Counted from the stretch's first letter, positions 1 through 13,214 are shown. The stretch: DNA of 64,000 bases from Raillietiella orientalis (GCA_036172245.1 JAYWIR010000007.1:3348001-3412000), one strand, 5' to 3'. The notes: a model not told the origin generated them from the sequence alone. Numbers and translations: made by a program.

Positions 1-432
1 GAATCGATTATGGATCTTTGACCCTTAGACGATACCGCAGAAGAGCTTGTTTGGGATGCGGAATCAAAGTACACGAACAAATTTCCGTCACGGAAAATGT
101 CAACGCAGTATATCGTATGAACTCATCGTTGTATATCAATCGAGATGCGTACTCGATGCATGGAAACGGCAAGTTGTAGAAAAAAAGATCTGATCCAAAA
201 GCTTTTTGCCATCTTCCGCGGCGTGCAAGCGAATCACCGTTCTCTGTAGATCACTCTGTGGATGCTCCCTTGCTGAACCCTGATGGATTTCCACATGGCA
301 TCTAATGAGGCGCACCTGTCGTGCATTTGGGAAGTCGTCGCAATGAACAACGCCACCCGAAACATCAGAGACTATCTGGGTGGTTAACAAATCTCTTCGG
401 CTTCGAGTAGTTCCTACATTCTTCCCCCGCAT
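1..432 (-). mobile_element. Decayed Tc1/mariner-superfamily transposase fragment, running off the window start
   Basis: The minus frame reads SDLQRTVIRLHAAEDGKKLLDQIFFSTTCRFHASS, resembling the D.Q.R..F...FL..IFFSDE..FH region around the first catalytic Asp of Tc1-like transposases. The catalytic residue is not intact and the frame stops at 136. Confidence 0.4.
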
Positions 433-1525
433 TTCCTTTCCAGCTCGTTTTCACCAGCACGAAAGAGTTCTGCCCCCCTCCCCCATTGACGGGGGTGGGC
501 AGAACGAAAACCATCGCACCACTTGAATATCCCACGGGCACAAAAAAGAAGCAACTGGCAGCAAACTAGGATGCAGCCTCCGCTGGAGAAGAAAAACAGC
601 AGCAGCAGCAAAAAAAAAAAAACAGATATTCGCATGCTAAAAGTCGATAGTGAGGCGCACATGAATTTTCCATGCATCTTTTTTCATCGTAAACTGTCGA
701 CGTGTAAAATCCCGTATTTAAAAAAGCGGTAGCAACAGCCTGTCAGCTCACGTTTGCACGCATCAGAAGCAGTGTTGATTGCATTCGGAAGGAGGCTTTT
801 GCTCTCCGAGCCGTTCTACGTGCTGAATGTATGAAGAGCACTGGAAAGCACAGTCAGTGCAACATCCTGATCAGTGCTACTGAAATGCCCCGTCTGCTGC
901 TCTTAATACAATGTGGCATCTATTGAGAATGAGGCGAACAGAGTGCCTCATGAAGTTCACGAGACTCCGATGGAGCAAGCCAAGAAAAAAAAAATAACGA
1001 TAACCGCGCGAATATTTATTTATTTATTTTTCCTTCACATCTGGAAACTTCTGGAGAGAGAAAAAAAAAAACACCGCCTTTGAGCCTCATTCGTTTTTGC
1101 AAGCTGCTGAAAACGATAGGTCCTGGCATGCTGAACGTCAGCTGTATTTCTGGATAGAAGGGTCCACTTGAGGTGTCACTGGAGTAAACCGTGTCTCAGA
1201 ATACATTCCTGGTCCACGCTTAAAGGAAAAACCAAGAAAAAAAAAAAAGGATTTGCTGTCCTCCGTGTTTCCTTGACAAATCCGTTTTCTTCGGTATACA
1301 GAGATAAACACAGCTGCGGTTCCGAATGCACGTTGATGTCAAGGAACTTCGGCTCACGGTCTTGGGATTCTTTCCTCTTCAGAAGGTTTTCTTCAGTCCA
1401 CCCCCGGGATCGTTTCCCCTCTACATTCCATTCAACACTAAATACACCTCTTCCAAAAGTGTAAAAATCTATCATTACTTCGTTCCCTGATTTATCTAGA
1501 GTTCACCTTTTTTCTTTTTTTTTTA

Positions 1526-2304
1526 CGAGGCGCATCTCAAAAGTAAGAGCCGATCGGACATAAAGAAAGAACAAATGAGAGAAACGAAATTCTGAACACG
1601 TGCATCCCCGTGTGATTTTTCTACGTAGTCACCATTTTTTTTTTTTTCTCCAAACATGGAAGTGGAAGAAGGTTTTTCAAACCCCCTGCATCAAGTTCCG
1701 CCGCCTGGGAGCTCAGCCAGCTCAGCACTGCAGCTTTCAACTCCTCACTTTCCCCCTCGAGTCATTGAGCCGCCTCTTGAGCTGCAGGAAGGAAGACGTG
1801 GTGGCCACTGGGCGCGAGGTGAGGACTGTAAAGTGAGTGGGTGATCAAAACGTTTGCATTTGAATTTCCGAATTTCCTGGAACGTGCGCGGACAGCAGTG
1901 CGTGGGGCCAAGAGGGTGTGCTTTCGGTACACTCGATGGGGCCTGGAACAACCGTCAGTTCGCAAGTCGACTGGGGAACACTTGCAGCACCGCGGCGTGC
2001 CATTCAAAACCGACGACGTGGAATGCTGAGATCAGGAATCGCCCTTCTCCTTCACGACAACAACGCGCGCCTCGGCAACACATGCCACCCGCCCATTCCG
2101 GACGATTCAGAAATGCAAACGGGAACTTTGATCACCCCACCCTACCGTTCTGACTCGCCTTCCTGCACATGAAGTGGCTCGCAGGTGACTACGTAGAAAA
2201 ATGACCTCGGGGATGTATGTGTTCAGAACCACGAATACATTTTTGTTTCTCTTATTTGTTGTTTCTTTATATCCGATCGACCCTTACTGTTGAAATGCTC
2301 CTCG
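1526..2304 (+). mobile_element. Internally deleted mariner DNA transposon with long imperfect inverted ends and TA target duplication
   Basis: TA at 1524-1525 and 2305-2306. Left end CGAGGCGCATCTCAAAAGTAAGAGCCGATCGGACATAAAGAAAG matches the reverse complement of the right end, CGAGGAGCATTTCAACAGTAAGGGTCGATCGGATATAAAGAAAC. Transposase remnants are GTTVSS...RRAIQNRRRGMLRSGIALLLHDN, TPPYRSD (YSPDLAP-like) and terminal GDYVEK-stop at 2184-2204. Confidence 0.88.
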
Positions 2305-3464
2305 TAAAAAAAAGAAGACAAGGTTCAATAGGAGATAAGGTACCTAAAGTACCGCTCGCTCACCTGAAGCTTTCGCTCCCTTTAGTCACGTTTATACGTT
2401 GTGTATACTATGATGCGGAACAGGCCGCCTCGTATCTTGTCCCAAAAAATCAAACTGCATCTTCTCTCATGGAATCGTTGCGATAACCTCACCAAGAAAT
2501 CGAGTCCTCCCAGGGCTATCGGTTGTTCCATCGATGCATTCTTCGAGTTTCTTCTAATCTCGGGAAAGACACTGCGACCTTTCGAATTGGACCCATCGCG
2601 GTTGGCAGGAAAGTCCTCCACTGACTGGTGCAATTCGATTTCGCAGCGCGTCATCCTTTTCTTTTTTCTTTTCCTGTCCTCAGAAACACGTTCCCATTTT
2701 TCGAAGCTGCCGGTGCCGTGTACAACTGAAATCGGATGCACTGTCCGGCAAGCACGTCGCACATCACGCTCGAGCTAAGGACGGCGCTTGGGCTTCTTGT
2801 CTTCCTGCGTCCATGTCATGAAACCAGAAATGCTGTCCACTGCTTTATTTGCTTCCACGTCAAACTTGCATGTGTGCTTGTCGGGGGTTATCTGCAGATA
2901 GAGCCCCGGGGAAATGGAGTGTCGGAGAGCTGCTTCCAAAAAAAAAACGAGTTGCGATGCTGCGTGTGTCTTTACGGAATCCAGCCATAGGTGTGAGCCG
3001 ATTAACCAACACGACCGGCTCATGACGAAGCCGTACAAAATGCAAGTGGCTACTTAAATGCCCGGCTATTGTAATCCTGGCGACGCTCGCGTCTACATGT
3101 AGTTTGCAAATGTCTTTTTTGTCCCTGCATCTTCCCTGTTCCTCCCGACCGATCCTTACGTAATGTTAAGAACAGATAAAACAGACAAAAATAGAAACAG
3201 AAGTGAAGTGGTCATTGCAGCTTCCAGCTTCGCGGCTATGAATACAAAGAAAGCATCAGCTCTTAAGTGTTACTTTGTGTGTGGTCGTGGATGCCTGGAA
3301 TCACGTAAAAGTGATGCTGGAGTCATGCGCAGATCACGAGACACACACAAAAAAATCAAAACAGAACAAAGTAAACGGACGAACTGGAACAAGAAGTCAC
3401 GCTTAAAGTGCACTTAAGATGAGGATGCATGCGTGTAACTCTTCAGAATAGAGGAAGTGACACG

Positions 3465-3860
3465 GAAGGGGACCACCCTATGAATCCTGGAAAGCTTCGG
3501 AGGAAGAGGTCCGTTCCTCTACTCTTAGGAGGGGAACCTCGAAGAGGACCTCCACTTTATTCTCTCCGGAAGGATCCCTTGGAGGGAGCCACTCCATGGT
3601 TTCTTCCCCGGGGGAAAACCCGCAAAGGAACCGCTCCTCGTTTTCTCCTCTGAAGGAGGGCCCAGAAGAATCGCTTTCGAATTTCTCTGAAGGGCGCTTC
3701 CCCGAAGAGAGCAGCGCGCTTCTTGACACTCTGGAGACGTAACAGCAGAGGGAGGTGTTCAACCAGCTCCATGGTACGCGATGCCGGCTCCATTGTCGCA
3801 ACTGGAGGAGAGCGGCTCCCTGATTCCTGGAAGGATGCCGGCCAGTCAACGGGGACCATC
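3465..3860 (-). repeat. Copy of the interspersed 3'-UTR-like repeat carrying degenerate ~38-bp tandem units
   Basis: Shares CCCGTTGACTGGCC, TTCAGAGAAAT and GGAGCGGTTCC blocks with copies at 7320-7760, 16960-17640 and 34920-35480. Confidence 0.75.
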
Positions 3861-4299
3861 CTCCTGCTTCCACCAGTGCTACACCTGAGTTTGTCAATTA
3901 TGACGCACCCTCCATTCCCGGCTGCATCCTCTATGTGGGGATTCGAACTAACAACGCTCGGTACAACGCACGGAGACGGCAGCCACGAGGGTAGCCATTA
4001 CTTTCATGGGGAAACTTCTCTACTAGAGGCTGCGGAACCGAAGGATGGGTTTCCGGTCCGTCGAGTGCCACTTCGGCGCACCCCGTTCCAGGAGACTGTT
4101 ATCCTCGCGCTCTTCCCACTGTCCTGCAGTTGCGGACGCTCCTTTGATTCCGTTTGCCGGACCCCCGTCAGGAAAAACGGGAGGAAGGGACGAGCAGCTC
4201 GGACCATTCTCGGCAGAACCAACAAGCTCTCGCCGACACCAACGGGGAGGTTTCGCTGCCTCACGAGCAAACCTTCAACAGCGCTCGAAGAGCGCTCTA

Positions 4300-5170
4300 G
4301 CAGGAACCAATCTGAAGATCGGCAGCAGTGGTCTCAGCAGCAGTTCTAACAGCAGCTTCGATCTCCTCTAGCCTCCAGTTGTCGAGAAGACCTCGCGACC
4401 CCAGCGGCCGCCGAAGTTGGATCCTGGATGTCTGGTACCCAACGCCGGGTGCCTCGGTGCATTTTGCCGGTTGAGCAGCCTCTTCGAACCGGTGACCTGC
4501 CGATGAGAGCTCACCGGAGGTGTTCGAATTCGGTACGAGGAAGAAAGGAGCACCACTACGGCATAGCAAAGAGCGGGTAGCAGCAGAATCCCACTCGCTG
4601 CAAGACGCACTACGACGGTTCACCGCGCTTCCTAAGCAGCAGGAGAGCCTGCGGGCATCTGCTCGCAACCTCCAGAAGTGTCGTGCTCTTCCCTGTGGCG
4701 CAACAAGTCGATTCCCTCACTCGCTAAAGGAATTTTAGAACGAACTTCACGATAAGCTCAAGCAAGGGAGGAAAAGGGGGAGGCAGGCTGGAGCAGGAAA
4801 TCTCCTAATAGCAGCCAGGGGCAGAGCCCCCGATCGACAAAGCAATGACGGCTTTAAAACCGTGACTTCCCGATCACCGAATAAGCAACAATGGGAGAAG
4901 ATGCAGACTCTGCATCACTGCCGACGGGAGCGCGGGCATACGGCAAGGGGCCAGTTTCTCCTCACTAGATCCGAAGAGCTCGGCCATCGACGGCATCTCT
5001 AGAAGAGATGGAAACCTCTCGCTGCCTTGATGGAAGCTATCCGTGGAGACGGCAAAGGAAAGGAGCAGAGGGACACATTTGTTCCAGTTGTCGCCAATAC
5101 TAGGGAAGAGGGAGTCTTTGGGACCGGTCGGTCCAGGTCGAGCCTCCAGAGCGAATTCATTTTTAGGGCC
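4300..5170 (+). mobile_element. Possible heavily decayed LTR-retrotransposon gag/protease remnant
   Basis: RFTALPKQQESLRASARNLQK resembles the gag Q..ES..Y..RL motif. HHCRRERGHTAR resembles a zinc knuckle, and VFGTGRSRS resembles DTG-protease context. Multiple stops. Confidence 0.25.
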
Positions 5171-7319
5171 GAGAAAAAGAGCAATTGGCTGCTGAACCGC
5201 CTGGCGGGCGCATCTCCTTCCGGATCGGGCTGAGGTTAATCCACGTGGAACTCAGTGCACTAAGGGCTTGCTTCCCAGCCTCTCATTGTGGATCTGTGCA
5301 TGTACCGACAAACACCATCGAAGGCACTTCGGGATCTTCGAGGACAGAGTCGGTACAGAGGCGATACATAAATCGAACCACCGAGCAGTCCATACCCTCC
5401 GAAGTTTCCTTTCCTCCCCTCCATCCTCCACCTGCTCCTCATCATCACAAATCATCGATTATCCACCATGCTACCACAACCACCACCACCATCAACTATC
5501 ATCATCGGGCTAGTAGACGCGGAAGGAGAACGGAGTGCCATCCGTTGGATTAGAGGACGCCTTAAGGTGCAAAATGGCCTCGTCCTGTCCTCATACCTCA
5601 AGTGGGCGAGGAGTCCAGCATGTTCGAACGCTGGGGGTTCCGTCCGGCGAATCCGCCAGAGCCATCCAGTGGGCCAACTTACGTAAGCGGAGCTGGCGCC
5701 GCTAAGTTGATCCGAAGGTCCGGTTGCGGCGCGCTCCTGGTGCAGCGCACGCGAGAGGTGGCGTCGTCGGTTGCTGTGGACAACAACAAAAGGGCAGTGG
5801 TGTCGGGCGTCGCCAACGAGGTTAGGTAGAAGATGGGTGGCATGCACGCGTCGAGCCGATCGTTGGCATATGGTCTCTCTTGCCTCCCGGCGTTCTATCG
5901 GAGGAAGAGTAGAGCGCTCAGGAGGAGGATAGCCCAGGCGCTAGAACCCCTTGAGGCGCCTGCGCACAGATCTTGGTGGAGGTAGCACAGACCATGGTGA
6001 GATCTTAAAGGTTCGGCCTTTGAGCGCAGTGCAGCGAACCTGAACTCCCAGGAGGAAGATCAGACTTAAGATTTAGAACGAACCAATCGGCTCTCGCGAA
6101 TCCCATCTGGAACTAAAGTGACGTGGGGCACGAACTGCAGCACTTGCTAGCGGGCTGGCGACCCTACAATGCCCCATCCTTCGAGCGCTGAAGAAATCGC
6201 TCGTGCAACTCCCACATGTCCGTCCGTCCCCGGCAATGAAAGTCTAGGGCTGCGCTCGAGGAGACCCCACTTCTTCCTGCGTCTGTTTTTTTATCGCGAA
6301 GAAAGGAAAGCTCTTCTTCAGCCACAGAAGACCCCAAACGTCGAAGCGGAAGGAATGGAACTTCCCGGCTCGCTGCGGGAACGCCCCGCTCCTCCTTCCA
6401 GGATCAATGAAAGGTGGAAGGAAGTGCAGTCCCGTGAAGGGAACGACCTCAGCGGCAAGACGAGAGAACTGAAGGCGGAACTTTCACTCCACTTCCCCGC
6501 TTCCAGCGACGGCCTGCCTGCCACCGCAGCGTTTTCACCATAGGTCGAAAACTTTTGCTTCGTCTCCATCGGTGATGGACCTCCTGCAGAGCACGCGATT
6601 GCTAGGAAACCGCAGTTTGTGTGAAGTCCGCTTTGTACTTTCCTGCTTGTTCTGCAGCCTGACGGCGTTTGGGATTCGCCCCGCGCCATAACAAGACCTC
6701 TGGCCGAAGTTCTCGATGAGAAAAAATCCTGCTGTACTGTACAAGCATTTGCGAGGGAATGCGTTAGCTGACCGAACAATCGCAAACAAAAAAAAGATGT
6801 TTTATGTAGGAAACGTGGAATAATCTCGAAAAGAAAAAAAAAAAAGATATTATGTAATGTATCGGTGACGGCAGACGAGTCGAAAAACGTTTCCTAAGCG
6901 TTTCCTAAACGAGACTAAGAATCAGACGGCGCGATGGAACTTTCCTGAGGGGTGCGTGGGAGGACATTCTCTCGAGCGTCTTCCTAGCGGGTCATACGGC
7001 TGGAGACCGCGTAGATCAAGTCGTGCGAGGCTCGCGGGTGGCTCTTTGGAGGATGCCAAAGCACGGCCCACAATACCATTTATTAAAAGAGGGTTCACCT
7101 GCGAAAGCGACGTGGCCGCGTATCGCCGGGTGATCTCTTGCTCTACCGCTCCCTCCTAGCTACCGCGCTCTGATCCGGGCGTGTTAGTGTCGCGGGCTCG
7201 AATCCCACCCGAGGAAGGATGCACACTCAGAAATAGGTGCGTCCTGGGTTTCGATTTCTCCCCCCCTTCAGGATGAAGCTGGTCGGCTTGTAGGCTTCGG
7301 GTGCAGCACTGGTGGAATC

Positions 7320-7760
7320 CGGGACTGACCCCGTTGACTGGCCAGGATTGGAAGTCAACCCACCGGGATCCTTCCAGAAACCAAGGAGTCAGTTCTCCTC
7401 AAGATTCCCCTCCTGTTGTGAAAATGAAGCCTTTCTCCCCCAAGGGGGGTCCTTCATGCGTACCATCGGGCTAGTTGATATCCCTCTGCCTTTCCAGAGT
7501 GCAAGAAGCGCGCTGCTCCCTTCGGAGAGAACCTTTCAGAGAAATCGGGGAGCGTTCCTTCGAGGTTCCCTTCAGAGGAGGAGGAAACAAGGAGCGGTTC
7601 CCTTAAGGGTTCCCTTCGGAGAAGCAATACCAGGAGCGGATTCTTTCCGGGTTCACTTTGGAGACAACCAGGGCGAGGGTTCACCAAGCGTAAGGGGAAC
7701 GGACTCCTTTCTTCGGAGCCCTTCCTGGATTGATAGAGTGGTTTCCTCCCAGTATACCTC
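7320..7760 (+). repeat. Copy of the interspersed 3'-UTR-like repeat with degenerate ~38-bp units
   Basis: GACCCCGTTGACTGGCCAGGATTGGAAGT...TTTCAGAGAAATCGGGGAGCGTTCCTTCGAGGTTCCCTTCAGAGGAGG is similar to 17150-17470 (+) and 35050-35480 (-). Confidence 0.75.
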
Positions 7761-7879
7761 CTAGCTTGAAGCGGTATACTCCCACACCCTGTGACCACGA
7801 CTGCTGGAAACGGTGATGCAGGGCGCGGTGAAGTTTTCGACCTTGGCCCCTCCACACACCCCTCGCCGCAGCGCTATCT

Positions 7880-8400
7880 TCCCTCAGGGTAAGAGAAGAC
7901 AGCAGCCAACCGGCGAGGTGGGAATTTTCCTGCACCATCACGGGAAATACAAAACTCCTCGGTGCCTGGAGGACGGTGCCTGAGCTGGCGGATGCTGCCA
8001 CTCCGCGTGATGTGGCGAAGGGACTCCTTTGGTGGGGCGAACTTTTGAGTGTTGCCTCTGAAGAACTTGTAGTCCCTCCCTATTGCCTGGCTCAGTGTTC
8101 CCTCTCTCCCGGAAGCAGGCCGTACTGCTCTTCCTACACTGTGGATTCCAGTGCAACGAGCGAAGGCACCGAGTTTCCGGAGGGGTTGCATCTCCGATCT
8201 GTGCTAGGAGGAGTCGATCCTGCCGCACCTGATCCTAGACTGCAGTGCACTCCAGGAACTGTGGCGGAGGCTGGCAATAGCACTTCTGCACCAGGAGGAC
8301 ACTGCCCAAGACGTGCTTCGACGGTTCTTCGCGCCAAGAGGACTCTCTACAGACGCGATGATTTCACACTCGGATGCGCCGGGGCGTCTATTTCTCTTAC
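7880..8400 (+). mobile_element. Decayed Tx1/L1-like non-LTR ORF2 C-terminal (zf-RVT) fragment
   Basis: Translates as EESILPHLILDCSALQELWRRLAIALLHQEDTAQDVLRRFF, homologous to the copy at 9790-9950. Confidence 0.65.
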
Positions 8401-8559
8401 AGGAGTCGATGGAGCCAAAAGGCCCACCGATTCCAGTTATTACACTAGAAAGGAGGGGGGTGAGGTCCATCAAGTCCACTAAGGGGAAGAGGGATGGAGC
8501 AAAATTAGAACAAAAAGAAAACAAACTATAACAAACAATAAAGATCAACAAAAAAAAAT

Positions 8560-8990
8560 TAGTTGGAGTGAAGGGAAGGGATCACCTTTCGTGATGGGTG
8601 GGTGTTCTGCATCCGTTGAAGGATGCCGGCGAGCTCCTCCTTCTCCCTTTCCAGGTGAGGCCACCTCAAAGCTATCTGCAGGAAGCGCATGGCATGCAGG
8701 ACAACCCCCCCCCGTCGCTCCGGCCTCCCTCGGAGTCGCACTTCGCCGCGACGATACCGCTCACGCAGCACAGCGCTGCGATTGCGGCAGCAGGCGTTAT
8801 GGCGTCCCGCAAGAAGAGGATCCTCAAAGAGTCTCTGGGATAGCCCACAGGGTGAGGAAGGGACGTGGAAAAACGTTCCCACAAGCCCCGGAGGGAGATG
8901 CACTGCACTAAGAGGTGAAAGAAATCTCCTTCTCTCCACATCTGGCACAGTTTGGCGATGCGCTTCCCTTCGTCCAGTGGTGCCGACGCA
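8560..8990 (-). mobile_element. Decayed Tx1/L1-like non-LTR ORF2 3' end
   Basis: FFHLLVQCISLRGLWERFSTSL...PRDSLRILFLRDAITPAAAIAALCCVSGIVA, then after a frameshift RFLQIALRWPHLEREKEELAGILQRM, followed by a T-rich tract. Confidence 0.75.
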
Positions 8991-8999
8991 CATTGCACG

Positions 9000-10370
9000 G
9001 GAGACCTCAGTGCAGCACCAGCAGCTCCGAGGCCCCGAGTCCGCCTGAAGGACTTGTGTGCTGCGCGTCGCGATGGAGACCTCGGCCTCCTGACTCTGGA
9101 GTGGTTGGAACTGCAGCTGCAGTTCAGGACGTTAGCCCTAGTGGCGCAGTTGTGGAGCATCAGCTGGTGCGAGCCTGCAAGACACCTGGTTCAGCGAGCC
9201 AACGGCTGCTCGGGACTGTCTACTTCCTAGCGCGCCTCAAACGCCGGTACCTGTTCCACTGCAGACTGGCACTCCGGCGAGTGGTCAAGCTGACCAGGAT
9301 GAACACCTGGATCTCCCGCCGGCCCGCGAATGGCACTTCCTGGTTGCAGAAAAACCTTCGCACATGGGCCCAGATTGAGGAAGCGATCACGGCAGCGACT
9401 GCTGCACTCCTTTTACAACAGCAGCTCGCTGCAGGGCATCATCGTGCAGTCCGCTTCGCGTGCGTGGACTGAGAGAACCTCCCTTGCCGCAGCTCTGCCC
9501 TACCTCAGGGAGCATCCGGGCAGTAGTCAGGCCCGTTATAGCATCTCAAGAGAGAAGGAACAAGGTGGTGGGACCACGGGCCAGCTGACTGATGCTGCGA
9601 CCCCAAGTGCCCCACCGAAAGGACTATTGAGCTGCTGAACATCCCGCTGGATGTACTCGAGTGGCCCCCAGTGCTGAAGAATATCCGGGCCCTTCCCCTG
9701 AAATGGGAGGAGTCGGCGTTTCTGGTGTTGCATTGGGGACTCCCCAGCAACGCCCGCTGATCTCACTGGACGAGAGGGCTGTGGAACCGAACTGTATCAG
9801 ATGCGGGGAACGGGAATCCTTCTCGCACCTGCTTCTTGACTGTGTTGCCCTCCGGCCCCTGTGGTTGCGTTTCGCAACGGCCCTTGGAGCATCCATGAAC
9901 AACCCCAGAGACGTATTGAAGAGCTTCTTTGTGCGCGACGCCCTTTCGCCTGCCGCAGCCCTTGCAGCCCTCTGCTGCCTACGAGGGATTGTGGCGCCAC
10001 TGGTGGACCGAACGATAGGGACGCCATCTGCTCTGCCCTGCGCTTCCTGAGGACGGCAGCCGGATGGTTCCATCTGGGACATATGCGAACTGAACTTGCC
10101 GGCATCCTGGAAAGGATGTAGAGGATGACCCCAGCGGAAGGTGATCCCTTCCCCGACCCCTCTCTGCTTTTGTAAATAGTGTTTTCTTTTTTTATTTTTG
10201 TTTGTCCCTCCCACTCCGCTGCCGAGTCGAACTCGCCGGCCTGCGCGCTGCCTACTCGGCAAGTTCAGAGTTTTTATCGGACGCTGTAGGGGCAATTGCC
10301 CTACACATGCTTGTTTGTCTTTTCACAAAAATAAACGCCCCGGCGCACCCGGGTGTGAAAGCAGCACCGA
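9000..10370 (+). mobile_element. Longest Tx1/L1-like non-LTR ORF2 3' fragment plus the start of its 3' UTR
   Basis: CIRCGERESFSHLLLDCVALRPLW is a CxxC-x7-H-x4-C zf-RVT motif. It continues PRDVLKSFFVRDALSPAAALAALCC, then RFLRTAAGWFHLGHMRTELAGILERM-stop (10121), a T-rich tract and a hairpin at 10285-10305. Frameshifted. Confidence 0.8.
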
Positions 10371-10559
10371 TTGCTGCCACTTGAGAGAAAGCAGCTTCCT
10401 ATCTATAAACACGGGGGGCACTCCCAACTCTTCAGGCCGAATGGAGAAGAGTTCGACCCAACGTGCCAGTCCTTTGGAGGCATTTCTTGTTGCCGCGTCA
10501 ACCAGCTCACGCGGTGTTCAGCTACCAATATGCTTCCTTCGGGCTGAGATCTCGCAGGA

Positions 10560-11295
10560 AACCTCCCACTTCGTTGGTAGGCAGGTGCTATGTACCTCTA
10601 TAGCGAATGACACCACAGTGGCGCGGTGATAGCAACCATGGGTTGCATCCGTGCCATCGCTGCGGTACAGGTGCTGGAATCCACCACACAGCGAAGGGAG
10701 GTCACCAGGATGACACAGCCACCTACATCAGGGATGACTGCAAGGTGGCCTTATCTGGAAGAGGAATCAAAGGAGGAGAGAGGTCACCGGCACCCACGGC
10801 CGGTTGATGGACGGTTGGAAACGGCAAACCCGATGATCCTTGTCCCTTCACTCCCTTTATATATTTTTCTCTTATTCCTCATCCCCACTGGTTCTGTAAC
10901 TTCCTCGGTGCTTTTTGTTTTCATCCTAGTGCGCACGGAGCGAAACCAAAGATCCATCCACTTTGTTTTTGTTGTCCCCTTGTCCCTCTCCGTTCCGGAC
11001 TCTACGTCGTCCCAGTCTTCATGTCTGTTGACCCTCCCCTTGAACTTCTGTGTTCGTCAGCTGGGAACTGTGTTCCCAACTGGTTTATTTTTTATAAAAT
11101 GAATGCCCAGCGTGACTGGGTGAAAAACTACACGCACCCTCGGGTGGCGTGGAACAGTGTCAAAGAGCTTCGTTTGCCTCCAGGCTATCAAAGCTCCCCA
11201 GTACTTAGCAAACCCCCTGAAGAAAACAAAAAAACAAAGAAACTCTGGAAGGAAAGCAGCGAAAACAGAAGAGCCCAAAGGATTTTCTTCAAAAT
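10560..11295 (+). mobile_element. Highly decayed copy of the same Tx1/L1-like 3' end with UTR tail
   Basis: MTARWPYLEEESKEE matches the family C-terminus, followed by a T-rich tract, a hairpin at 11062-11078, CACGCACCCTCGGGTGG and a terminal AAGGATTTTC motif. Confidence 0.55.
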
Positions 11296-11439
11296 TCTTC
11301 AGAAATCAGGATCTTCATCAACTTTTATTGGATTTGTCTCGTTGTTGCAAAGAAAAAGAAAAGTTTCAGACCACTTTGCATGCCGTTTCCTTTGATCATT
11401 TAAGAAAAAAAATATAAGAGGACAGGCAAACAAAAAACA

Positions 11440-12170
11440 GGAGCGGAGGAGGGAGATGACAAAAGTGTTCCAGATGGCGGTTCGTTCTGGAAAAACGAGA
11501 TGCCATCGAGGAACGGACCGAGAGCCAGCTGTCTGCCTTCTGAAGGCAGGCCGACCATGCTTCTGCAACGCATAAGTCTCTCAGCAGAACTCCAAGGTAC
11601 CTAAAGGTCCTGCTTGTAGGGATTCCCAGGCGGATCCAATTGGCTTGTCCCTCCCACGACTCATCTACAGGTGCGACCATGCACTTCGTCCACGCTCATG
11701 CCCACCCTTGAGTCACGCAGCTTCCCACCTCTGCGCGTGGTATTCTTGACGGGGAATAACTCTTGGATATCCTGCCGTCCTACAAACTTTGGCGCCTGGT
11801 GGCAGGGGACAAGTGGAAGGAGGAGACCACCTATCCTGACCGAGAACTCATCTCTGCCTTGCGATAGAGACATCTCGAGGGACGTCGCGTACGATACACG
11901 AAAGCTGGCCTGGACATCCTTAGCCCGCCTGCGCCGCAGCACTTTCCTCCCTATGGGGAAGCGATGGAAGTAGTCGACAAAGGAGGAGACGTGCGGCATC
12001 TCAGCACTCGGTGGTCGGATGGCGAGGAAGCTTGCAGACACAGAGACGCAAAGTGCAAAGCCAAGAGGGCAACCCTGCTGAAAAGATCTTGAGGTCTCCC
12101 CCAGCGGGAGACCCGAAGATCCCTGCAGCTCGGATAAGTACCATCACTCTCCCTCTGGAGTGGCAGCACG
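11440..12170 (-). mobile_element. Decayed non-LTR reverse transcriptase fragment (L1/Tx1-like)
   Basis: The minus strand gives QQGCPLG (QGCPLS motif, ~12060-12080), a frameshifted VSYA-DV (YADD-like, ~11880-11900) and TFRYLGVLL (KYLG motif), in the expected order. Confidence 0.65.
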
Positions 12171-12620
12171 GCGACGCTGCTGTTTCATTGGAGTCTTCCT
12201 TGCAGCACTCGCCTACACAACAACGCTAGGGGGCGAGCGACCCCCAACTGTCCTCTATGCGGAGGAATGGAATCCTTCGCTCACGTGCTCGTGGATCGTG
12301 CTGCCTCTGACGAGTGCGGGAGTATCTCGAGACTGCCCTGCTGCTCCCGGAGGACAGTCTCTTTGTGAGCAAGGCGATGAGGCCGGTGGATCGATCTCAA
12401 CCCTCCTCTGCCTTCACGACCACGTCGCTGCACCAGGTGCAGCGGAAAGAGCACAAAGTCACCGTCTCTATGCCGACCTCCTTCTTAAGGAAGATAACAA
12501 GATGGTACCACTTGGTAAACTCAAGCGTAGAACTTGCCACCATCCTGCGCTGGACGCAGAGGAGCCCAGGAAAGTGCCAGTGACTTTCCTTCCTTTGATG
12601 CCACGCGTGCACAGTTATAT
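12170..12620 (+). mobile_element. Decayed copy of the Tx1/L1-like ORF2 3' end
   Basis: TGGAGTCTTCCTTGCA is shared with 13257. FLRKITRWYHLVNSSVELATILRW matches the family C-terminus. Confidence 0.65.
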
Positions 12621-13214
12621 ATATTTTTCACATTTCTTGATTAAGCAGTCCGTCCCTCTTTCCTACAGCCGATCCTTAATGGCCGGTAAACGGCTTCTCG
12701 TCTGCTCGTACGGAATTATCATCTGCCCTTCAAGACAGGCAGGGAGCATTTCCTCCTCCTTTTACTCTTAGTCTCTTCCTTCTCCTCCTCCTTTCCTCCT
12801 TCTACTCCTTTCCTCTCTGGAGAGGAGTGCGCACCCATAGCTGTCCCGGTCCCTGCATTCTCGGACAGCTTCTCTCGGACGACGACCAGGGTCAGCTCGT
12901 CGGATCGCACCTCTTATGCTGTGGTCTCTTCTTGCTCCTGAGGCAGCCCCGAGAGCTTTCGAAGCGCGGAGGCGCTCTTGACAAGAGGAGTTGGGAAGCT
13001 GAAGAAACGAAAGAGGTGGTGGGTGAACAGGGCTTCGCTGACCGCCAATACGCTTGCACGGTTGTCGTGGAGAAACTGGTGGCCGCGGTGCTGGACTCTG
13101 TTGTTTAGTCCGTAGGCTCGATGGCCGCGAGCATTCAGCTGCGAAGCAGGGATGGATGCTCCAGTCTGAATCATTCCTTTTTGTTTGTTTGTTTATCGCC
13201 ATAAGTCACAGTAA

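Noticed and set aside
7160..7220. tRNA/SINE head (GCGGGCTCGAATCCCAC)
   Set aside because: Imperfect B-box, no clear A-box or acceptor stem, and no second copy in the window.
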